From Candidatus Aminicenantes bacterium (GTDB lineage Bacteria; Acidobacteriota; Aminicenantia; Aminicenantales; JAFGBC01), in the NCBI GenBank assembly GCA_963702005.1, contig OY969696.1:3168001-3232000 (forward strand): a DNA stretch of 64,000 nt, read 5' to 3'. The position numbers and the translations under genes are program-made. This document shows positions 57,229-64,000 of this stretch, piece after piece. Numbering within the stretch: position 1 is the stretch's first letter; each line of letters begins with the position of its first letter. The notes beneath the pieces are model-generated. The model saw only the letters and a list, made by a program, of their open reading frames with translations. It ran no database searches and was not told where the DNA came from.

Positions 57229-57981
57229 TTATTTGGCGGCGGGAACAAGGTGACTTCTGAAATAATACGCCGCCACGTCCCCGTAATTATAACGAGTCCC
57301 GGCAAAGAGCAACTGGATGTGAAACCTCCTAACCTCCATCATTTTCCGGAGAAACTTTTCACCCTGGGCAAAACCGGCGTTGTAGGCGGTGGCATAGAAA
57401 CGCAGTTTCTCAAGATCCGTGGCGAAGTCAAGCTTCACGTACAACTTGTCCATCACCATCATAAAAAGCCGGAGATAACTCACTTGCCAGCGCAGATCAT
57501 CGAGCCTGAGCACGCGCTCGTTGCGCAGTTTTGGAGTCACCCCGGATTCAAAGGCCGCGATCCCCGCGACCGACTTCTCGTCCTCGGAAAAGAGCAGGTT
57601 GTACTCTCGCTCGACCTGCTCTGCGAATGTCGGCTTCATCTGGAAATGCCCGACTGAGAAGTTTGCGTATTGCTGCCCATACTGGACATATAGAACTTTG
57701 AGTGCTCGCACCTGGATCTCGTCCTCCAGGGCCCGGAAACGGATGATCTCTGGAAACACCACGGCCAGGGCGATCCGGGTCTCTAATAGAGGAAGCCGAA
57801 GCGAGTCAGCGATCCAGGAGTTCCGTCGCAGGAACTGCTCGGCATCCGAGTACTTCGCGCCGAAGATTGAAGCATAGTCTTCTCCCGCAGAAAAAGATGA
57901 TAGAACCAGGACAAGGAGAGGGATTCCGGCGAGTCTCCAGGCCCGCCCCGCCGGGCGGCCTCCAGCTGATAGATTGTCCAT
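57229..57981 (-). CDS. Exported hypothetical protein, lysozyme/transglycosylase-like motifs
   Basis: FPEI, SVGHFQMKP and AYNAG; signal-like N-terminus. Confidence 0.65.
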   Translation of the reverse strand: MDNLSAGGRPAGRAWRLAGIPLLVLVLSSFSAGEDYASIFGAKYSDAEQFLRRNSWIADSLRLPLLETRIALAVVFPEIIRFRALEDEIQVRALKVLYVQYGQQYANFSVGHFQMKPTFAEQVEREYNLLFSEDEKSVAGIAAFESGVTPKLRNERVLRLDDLRWQVSYLRLFMMVMDKLYVKLDFATDLEKLRFYATAYNAGFAQGEKFLRKMMEVRRFHIQLLFAGTRYNYGDVAAYYFRSHLVPAAK

Positions 57982-58125
57982 CAGTTTTCCTGATCTTGTG
58001 GCCAGTCCTTGAGAATCAACGCTTCACATCGCCATACGACTCTAAAGCATCGGGCCGAACGATGTCAATGAACTTATTCACTGCATTAGTGCCGACTTGA
58101 GCGTAGATTCCTTTAGCCAAAGCTG

Positions 58126-58170
58126 ATAGTGCTCATTGGGCGCTGATCATAAAGGGTGCTGCCCAGGCTG
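58126..58170. repeat. Degenerate copy of the nested hairpin module
   Basis: TAGTGCTCATTGGGCGC...GGTGCTGCCCAGGCTG versus TAATGCTCATTGGAGCGC...AGTACTGCAAGGCTG at 49922-49983. Confidence 0.5.
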
Positions 58171-58255
58171 ATCGACAAGTCACGTACCTTTCAGCACGGC
58201 CAGCCGCTTCCTGGCATGCTTAAGCTCGGGATGACAGGGTCGGCATCTTTATTGC

Positions 58256-58309
58256 TCACTTCTCCAATCCGATCTTCTTCAAGATCATCTCAAACCTTGG
58301 GTCGTCCCG
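58256..58309 (-). pseudogene. Orphan C-terminal fragment resembling the tails of TPR-containing Ser/Thr kinase or adenylate cyclase proteins
   Basis: RDDPRFEMILKKIGLEK* with no intact gene upstream. Confidence 0.5.
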
Positions 58310-58381
58310 GCCGCGCAAAGACGATAGACTCCCGCTCCCAGTGATCACGAAATAATATTCCAAGTCACGCCCCAGGCGTCG

Positions 58382-59590
58382 TCATCCCAGTCGGCGTTTG
58401 AGAAGCGAGAAAGACGCGGCCAGGAGGAGTCCGGCCGTGCCGCAGCCGAACCAGAGGGCGCTCCCTCCGAAGCGGCCATAGACGGCGGTCCCGAGCACGG
58501 GCCCGATGATGAAGGCCAACGAGAAAGCGAAGCTGAAGAGCCCCAGATATCGCCCCCGGCTTTCCGGACCGGCGCGGCCGCTGATGAGCGACGTGAACAG
58601 CGGCATGCTCAGCATTTCGCCGAACGTCCAGACGGCCACCGTCATAGCCGCATAAACGAAACCTCGTCCGAGAGGAATCAGGCCGAAGCCAAAGCCCAAC
58701 AGCAGGAAGGAGATGTTGATCATCCGGGTCAAGGGATATTTCCGGATGGACTCCATCAAGGCCATTTCGAGAAGGACGATCATGACGGTGTTCACCGCCA
58801 AGAGCCGCCCGATCGCATCTTCGGCCAGGCCGTAGACGCTTCGCATATAAAGGGGGAAGGTTGACAGGAGCTGGATGAAAATAACCCCAAAGCCGATGGT
58901 GACGAGCATAAGGCCGAGGAAGGGTCCGTCTCGCCAGGGCGAACGGCCGCAGCCGACAGCTCGGACCTCTTTCTTTTCGGCGATCCGGAGACCGCTCTCG
59001 GCCTTCGGCCAGATCAGGACGAACAAGCCTGCCGCGGCCAGACAGGTCAGCCCGTCGACCCAGAACAGGAGCCGGTAGTCCCGCAGGGCGAGTAGACCTC
59101 CCACGGCGGGACCGATTGTCACGCCTAAATTATTGGCGAGACGGTTGAGGGCGAATCCTTTGACCTGGAGTTCCGGCGGACAGACGCGGGACATGGACGT
59201 GGCGTTGGCCGGATATAGGCAACCGGCGAAGAGGCCGAAGACTAAAAGGGCCGGGAGGACTAATGCCGATGACCGGATCTGGCCGATTGCGATCAGCAAT
59301 AATCCGGACGAGGCCAGGCTGAGCTTCTGGACCGAAGTCGAGCCGATCCGATCCGACAGCCACCCTCCCAGATAGGCTCCCCCTAGAGACCCAACGCCAT
59401 AGAGGCTCAGCGCCCGCCCCGCCTTAGCCGCGGAGAAACCGAGCTTTCGCGTAAAGTAGAGGCTCAGGAAAAAGATGACCATGGCCCCCGCGGCGTTCAC
59501 GAGGTTGACGGCGAACAGAATCCAGGCTTCACGCGGGAGCCCGGTGTAGGCCCTGCGGTAGGTGGCGATGAGGTTCTTGAGCGGATTCAT
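58382..59590 (-). CDS. MFS transporter
   Basis: Motif A GGWLSDRIG; twelve TM segments; RGRYLG. Confidence 0.93.
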   Translation of the reverse strand: MNPLKNLIATYRRAYTGLPREAWILFAVNLVNAAGAMVIFFLSLYFTRKLGFSAAKAGRALSLYGVGSLGGAYLGGWLSDRIGSTSVQKLSLASSGLLLIAIGQIRSSALVLPALLVFGLFAGCLYPANATSMSRVCPPELQVKGFALNRLANNLGVTIGPAVGGLLALRDYRLLFWVDGLTCLAAAGLFVLIWPKAESGLRIAEKKEVRAVGCGRSPWRDGPFLGLMLVTIGFGVIFIQLLSTFPLYMRSVYGLAEDAIGRLLAVNTVMIVLLEMALMESIRKYPLTRMINISFLLLGFGFGLIPLGRGFVYAAMTVAVWTFGEMLSMPLFTSLISGRAGPESRGRYLGLFSFAFSLAFIIGPVLGTAVYGRFGGSALWFGCGTAGLLLAASFSLLKRRLG

Positions 59591-59631
59591 GCGATACTTC
59601 GGCCCATTGTATCAAAACTGCATCCGGAGAG

Positions 59632-59743
59632 GTCAAATCATCGACTCCCCGGCCTGAAGGCCGGGGCTTGTTCATGATTAACCCTGAGCCTCGCTCTCAT
59701 CCCCGCCTTGAAAGGCGGGGCTTGGCATCGGCGAACGGGTCAA
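59632..59743 (-). mobile_element. Non-autonomous IS200/IS605-like miniature element (two end hairpins, no ORF)
   Basis: Minus strand TTGAC-ccgttcgccg...AAGCCCCGCCtttcaaGGCGGGG...AAGCCCCGGCCttcaGGCCGGGG-agtcgatgat-TTGAC. Confidence 0.75.
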
Positions 59744-59821
59744 CCCCTCGACACCCATACTAAGCCGTTTCCGGCTTAGTATGAGTACTGCAAGGCTGGG
59801 TAGCGTCGGCGAACGGGTCAA
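59739..59821 (-). mobile_element. Tandem second miniature element containing only the nested hairpin module
   Basis: Shares TTGAC 59739-59743 with its neighbour; 59748-59798 matches 49847-49897 at 50 of 51 nt; same CGGCGAACGGGTCAA end. Confidence 0.7.
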
Positions 59822-60528
59822 GCGCCGCGGGAGGAACCGGGCGCCTTTCGTCCGGCCTTCTTGAAGGTCAGCGAGATGCCGCTCGAGCTCGAACGGTCGA
59901 TCCGCGTCTCGGCGTCGGGCAGTCGCCCGGCAGCGCCCAGGAATTCCCGGATGCCGTGCATGAACTCGAGGTTGAGGACGTTGTGGGCGGCGAAACAGCC
60001 GCCGGGCGCGACTTTGGGCCAAAGCAGTTCGAGATACCTCTTGTACCACTCCTTATCGGCGTCGACGAAGATAAAGTCGAACGGCCCGGCCAGCCGGGGC
60101 ACGATCTCATGGGCGTCTCCGAGCTGCGCGTCGATCAGGCCGTCGAGGCCGGCCTTTTTGAAATTGGCCACGGCCGTTCCGTGACGGCCTTCGTCGATCT
60201 CGATGGTCGTGAGCCGTCCCCCCGTCTTGCTCAGGGCCCAGGCGATCCAAGTCCCGGAACGCCCCGTCGAGGTTCCGACCTCGAGCGCCCTGGTATAGCC
60301 GCGTTCGACGATGAGGTCGAAAAGAGCCTTGCCATCCTCTTCGCGGATGTTCTCATCGTGCCAGCTTCGCCGCTGCGAATCGAGAAACGCCCGGACCTTC
60401 TCGTCCAAGCTCGGCCCGGACTGGATCGCCCCGGCCGGACGGATCATCCCCGTCAATCCCCATCCGAAAAGAACGGCCAACGAACCCGATAGGATTCTCC
60501 ATCTAAGGGCGCCGCGCGTAAACGTCAT
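59818..60528 (-). CDS. O-methyltransferase (Methyltransf_3-like) with N-terminal signal/TM segment
   Basis: LEVGTSTG, TTIE, GDA, FDFIFVDADK and AHNV. Confidence 0.9.
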   Translation of the reverse strand: MTFTRGALRWRILSGSLAVLFGWGLTGMIRPAGAIQSGPSLDEKVRAFLDSQRRSWHDENIREEDGKALFDLIVERGYTRALEVGTSTGRSGTWIAWALSKTGGRLTTIEIDEGRHGTAVANFKKAGLDGLIDAQLGDAHEIVPRLAGPFDFIFVDADKEWYKRYLELLWPKVAPGGCFAAHNVLNLEFMHGIREFLGAAGRLPDAETRIDRSSSSGISLTFKKAGRKAPGSSRGA

Positions 60529-60548
60529 GTCCCTTCCTCGCTTTCCGC

Positions 60549-61451
60549 TCAGAATTGAAACCCAAGAATGGAATCGGGGTCGACCCTGGCATCGCAGATT
60601 TTAACCCCCCAATGGAGATGGGGTCCCGTCGAGCGCCCCGTCGAGCCGACCCGCCCGATCGGGTCGCCCTTCCGGACGGCGTCGCCGCGCTTGACGAGGA
60701 GCCGGCTGAAATGGCAGTAGAAGGTGAACACGCCCAGGCCGTGATCGATGACGACCGTGTTCCCGGCCAGGTAGAGCTCGCCGGAGTAAACGACCGTCCC
60801 GGCGTTCGCGGCCCGAACAATCTCGTTCGGCCCGGCCTCGACGTCGACGCCGGAATGCAGGGATCGGGGCACGCCGTTGTAGATCCGCAGCTCGCCGAAA
60901 TTGGGCAGCGCCTTCCCCGGATGAGGAGGCTCAAACGCGCCTTCTCCCAGCCAGGCGGGCGTCCTGATCCCGTAAAGCTGAGTCAGGAGCTCGGCTTCGC
61001 GACGGATCCGCTCTTCGGCTTCGGGCGGATAGAAGACGTACTCGTCCTTGACCGTGAGCTTTTTCCTGGCGAACCGCTTGGGCAGGATTTCGACCGCCCG
61101 CTTCAGGGAGAGCGGGCCGCGGTCGTCCGTCCGATCCTCGACCTCCAATTCGTAGCGGCCGGGCTTGAGCGCGGCATCGAGCCCGATGAAGGCCAAGCCG
61201 GTCGCGGGATTCCCCTGGACATCGATGGGATAATCCCGTCCCAGAAAGCGGACGGTCGTTTTCAGCCCGGGGGGATTGTCGGCAAGCCGGACTAGGATCG
61301 CTTCGCCCGGCTGCCAGGAGCGGAGCGTCAGTTCGAGATTCGCCCCGGACGGGGTCTGGATAACCGTCGTCTCAGAGCCGGCAAGAACGAACGGCCCGCC
61401 GAGCATTGCGCCAAAGATGAGTCCGGAGACGAAGCAACGCCCTATCCTCAA
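60549..61451 (-). CDS. M23 family metallopeptidase
   Basis: HSGVD, GNTVVIDHG, H and STGPHLHW. Confidence 0.93.
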   Translation of the reverse strand: MRIGRCFVSGLIFGAMLGGPFVLAGSETTVIQTPSGANLELTLRSWQPGEAILVRLADNPPGLKTTVRFLGRDYPIDVQGNPATGLAFIGLDAALKPGRYELEVEDRTDDRGPLSLKRAVEILPKRFARKKLTVKDEYVFYPPEAEERIRREAELLTQLYGIRTPAWLGEGAFEPPHPGKALPNFGELRIYNGVPRSLHSGVDVEAGPNEIVRAANAGTVVYSGELYLAGNTVVIDHGLGVFTFYCHFSRLLVKRGDAVRKGDPIGRVGSTGRSTGPHLHWGVKICDARVDPDSILGFQF

Positions 61452-63157
61452 GCCTGCTCCCCTCGCTTCAGGAGCCGTCCCGGCAGCCGGCCGGTATGCT
61501 CGCCCTTCTCGATAACGACGGCACCGTTGACGACGACGTATTCGACGCCGATCGGATATCGGGCCGGCTCCGTCCAGGTCGCCCGGTCGATGATCTTGGC
61601 CGGGTCGAAGACCGCGATGTCGGCGGCCGCGCCGGGCTTAAGGATGCCGCGGCCCTCCAGCCGAAAGCGCCGGGCCGGAACCGAAGTGATCTTGCGGATC
61701 ATCTCCGCGAGCGGCAGGAGCTTTTCCTCCCGGACATACTTGCCGAGGGCTCGGGGGAACGTCCCGTAGAGCCGCGGGTGAGGCTTGCCCTTCCCAAGAA
61801 TCCCGTAGGGCGCGACGGCAGCCCCGTCCGAGGCCACGCCGACGAGCGGATGGGCCAGAATTCGCCTCAGGTTGTCCTCGCTCATAACGAAGGTGATCAT
61901 CCCGACGCGCCCCTCTTCTTCGATCAGAAGGTCCCTCATGAATTCGTAAGCGTCCTTGCCGGCATGGGCGGCCGCCTCGCGGACGGTCTTTCCTTCAACC
62001 CAGCGGTTCTTCTCGGTGTGAACGGACGACAGGAGAATTTTATCCCACGATCCTAGGCTCTTTTCAGCCTCGGCCAGGGCCGACCGGAGCTTGTCCTGAA
62101 GGGCCGGGTCTTTGAGGCGCGCGATGAAATCCTCGGTCCGGCCTTCCCTCGCCCACATCGGAAAATAGAGGCTGAGGCCGGTCGCCCCCGCGATGTAGGG
62201 ATAGCGATCGCAGAAGACGTCGACGCCCTCGCGCCGGGCCGCCTCGATCTTGGCGATGGCCTGGTCGAGCTTGGGCCAGTTCCGGGGATAGCCGATTTTG
62301 AAATGGGAGATCTGGAGCGGAAGCCCGCCCCCCCGCGCGATCGCGATCGCTTCGTCGATGGCCTTGAGGACCTCGTCCTCCTCGTCCCTCATGTGGGTCG
62401 CGTAGAGGCCGCCGTAGCCGGCGGCGACGCGGGCGAGCCCGATGATCTCGTCCGTATCGGCGAAGCTTCCCGGCGTATATTCGAGGCCGGTCGAAAGGCC
62501 GACGGCGCCCTGCTCCATGGCGCGGGCGGTCAGCGTCTTCATGAGCTCGCTTTCGGAGGACGTCGGTTTCCTGTCGCTGAAACCCATGGCTGCGGCCCGG
62601 ATCGTGCCTTGTCCGACCAGGGTCGCGTAGTTAAGGGCGGTCCCGCGCTCGCGGAGGCGGGCGAAAAAGCCGTCGAGGTCCTGCCAGCTCAGGTCGAGGT
62701 CGTATTCCTCCTTGAGGGCTTTGGCGTCGTCGGCCCGGGTGATATCCGTGACCGGGAACGGGCTGCCCCCGCAATTACCGCTGATGAGGGTCGTGACCCC
62801 CTGCCGGATGGCGCTTTCGGCCCTGGGATTGACCAGGAGTTCGGCCGCGGTATGATTGTGGGCGTCGATAAAGCCGGGGGACACGGCCAGACCGGAGGCG
62901 TCGATGACGATTTTGGCGCGCGCTTGAGCGAGCCTTCCCACCGCCCTGATCTCCGATCCTGAGACGCCGAGGTCGGCCGAGACGCCGTCGGCGCCCGCGC
63001 CGTCATACACCGTCCCTCCGCGGATGAGGAGGTCGAATTCGCCGCCCTTCACGACCTGGGCTCGCCCGATACGGCCTCCCGCGCCCGCCCCGACCCCGGC
63101 CGCCGCTGCCGCCCGGGCCGCTCCCTTGATAAATTCCCGCCGTGTTATTATTGCCAT
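61448..63157 (-). CDS. N-acyl-D-amino-acid deacylase (D-aminoacylase) with Tat signal
   Basis: TRREFIK; PGFIDAHNH, GNCG, THMRDE, SH.K, SDG and HPRLYGTFPR. Confidence 0.92.
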   Translation of the reverse strand: MAIITRREFIKGAARAAAAAGVGAGAGGRIGRAQVVKGGEFDLLIRGGTVYDGAGADGVSADLGVSGSEIRAVGRLAQARAKIVIDASGLAVSPGFIDAHNHTAAELLVNPRAESAIRQGVTTLISGNCGGSPFPVTDITRADDAKALKEEYDLDLSWQDLDGFFARLRERGTALNYATLVGQGTIRAAAMGFSDRKPTSSESELMKTLTARAMEQGAVGLSTGLEYTPGSFADTDEIIGLARVAAGYGGLYATHMRDEEDEVLKAIDEAIAIARGGGLPLQISHFKIGYPRNWPKLDQAIAKIEAARREGVDVFCDRYPYIAGATGLSLYFPMWAREGRTEDFIARLKDPALQDKLRSALAEAEKSLGSWDKILLSSVHTEKNRWVEGKTVREAAAHAGKDAYEFMRDLLIEEEGRVGMITFVMSEDNLRRILAHPLVGVASDGAAVAPYGILGKGKPHPRLYGTFPRALGKYVREEKLLPLAEMIRKITSVPARRFRLEGRGILKPGAAADIAVFDPAKIIDRATWTEPARYPIGVEYVVVNGAVVIEKGEHTGRLPGRLLKRGEQA

Positions 63158-63192
63158 CGGTCCTCGTCTTTCATGAAGATCATAACAAAAAA

Positions 63193-63221
63193 GGTGACGC
63201 TTAACCATGTTAAGCGTCACC
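63193..63221. repeat. 13-bp perfect inverted repeat (possible bidirectional terminator or REP-like element)
   Basis: GGTGACGCTTAAC-cat-GTTAAGCGTCACC flanked by an A-tract and a T-tract. Confidence 0.75.
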
Positions 63222-63257
63222 ATTTTATTAAATCGGGAAGCCGGAGACGGATGGAAT

Positions 63258-63998
63258 TTACCAGGACAAGGTCAGGGTCAGGGAGCGGCGTTGTCCGGTG
63301 AGCTCAAAAGAGAGATCGGCGTTCTCGAGCAAGGTGGGGCTGATCCGAGGCTTGGGACAGTTGAGGCGGCAAATCTTCTTCGCCGTGAAATAACCGAGGG
63401 CCGAACCCAGGAAAGCATCCGACGCCCAGTGCTTGTTGTCGTGGACGCGAGAGATCGCGGCCAGGGCGGCCAAACTGTAGGCGGCCGCGTCGACGACCGG
63501 ACTTTCGCTTTGATCGGCGATCGTCGCGGCCACCGCCCAGGCCGACGCCGCGTGGCCGGAGGGCATCGAGTAATAGGCGCTTCGCGTCGAGAACGGCTTA
63601 AAGCTGCGATCCCCCTCGTGGGCATCGGGCCTGGCCCGGCCGATGGCGAACTTGGAAACAAAAACGATCAACGCCGCGGACCCCAAGCTCTCCAGGCTTA
63701 ACAGGGCCGTCCGACGCCAGGACGGCCGGCCCGCCCCTTCGCCGGCCGCGTAGACTCCGAACAGAACCGTCGTCAGGACGAGGCCGTCCCCGAAATTGGA
63801 GATGAATCCGTAGACGTCGTTCGCGGTATCGCTGCGATGCTTCTGGGTCCATTCCTGGATCTCGCTATCGGCCGCATAGAGGACGAGCCCTCCTCCCAGG
63901 ATCGAGGCGAATGTCCAGAGGTCCCGGCCCTTCCAGCCTGCGGGCGACTTGCAGACCTGCCCGAAATCCTTGAAAAACTTCTTGAGTGTATCCTTGTT
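63258..63998 (-). CDS. PAP2 family phosphatase (5'-truncated by the window edge)
   Basis: The frame is open to the window end; K-x6-RP, PSGH and SR-x5-H-x3-D motifs. Confidence 0.9.
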   Translation of the reverse strand, partial: NKDTLKKFFKDFGQVCKSPAGWKGRDLWTFASILGGGLVLYAADSEIQEWTQKHRSDTANDVYGFISNFGDGLVLTTVLFGVYAAGEGAGRPSWRRTALLSLESLGSAALIVFVSKFAIGRARPDAHEGDRSFKPFSTRSAYYSMPSGHAASAWAVAATIADQSESPVVDAAAYSLAALAAISRVHDNKHWASDAFLGSALGYFTAKKICRLNCPKPRISPTLLENADLSFELTGQRRSLTLTLSW

Positions 63999-64000
63999 GA

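Noticed and set aside
59632-59743. Possible HEARO/omegaRNA of an IscB or TnpB system
   Set aside because: Only the transposon-end hairpins resemble it; the element is about 110 nt and no nuclease ORF is adjacent.
59678-60049. ORF sharing the peptide SLAxLILSRKRLSMGV with the N-terminal extension of ORF 48175-49917
   Set aside because: This is an artefact of translating the DNA repeat; the true gpmI-like start is 49779.

Overview
A high-GC, gene-dense bacterial chromosomal window with about 50 real CDSs. The gene content (SBBP beta-propeller proteins, many exported peptidases and glycoside hydrolases) suggests a Candidatus Aminicenantes/Acidobacteriota-like anaerobe; this is inference only. 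It holds the end of a glycosylation cluster, a flippase plus GT-C pair, a GDP-mannose 3,5-epimerase / Fkp / GH38 cluster, mscL, two ABC systems, GH127, several peptidases, a ceramidase and a lower-GC islet (about 54.1-58.4 kb) bordered by an IS91-like transposase relic. I found no rRNA, tRNA or CRISPR array. The main findings are: (1) a full-length, circularly permuted cofactor-independent phosphoglycerate mutase homologue with altered substrate-binding motifs; (2) a translationally coupled GME-Fkp pair suggesting a GDP-L-galactose pathway; (3) tiny non-autonomous IS200/IS605-like elements bounded by TTGAC at both ends, which sit on promoter -35 boxes and carry a nested, co-varying GAAA-tetraloop hairpin module; (4) several unannotated gene relics (GH29 fucosidase, IS91-like transposase, kinase-TPR tail). 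All family assignments come from motif recognition by eye; no searches were run.
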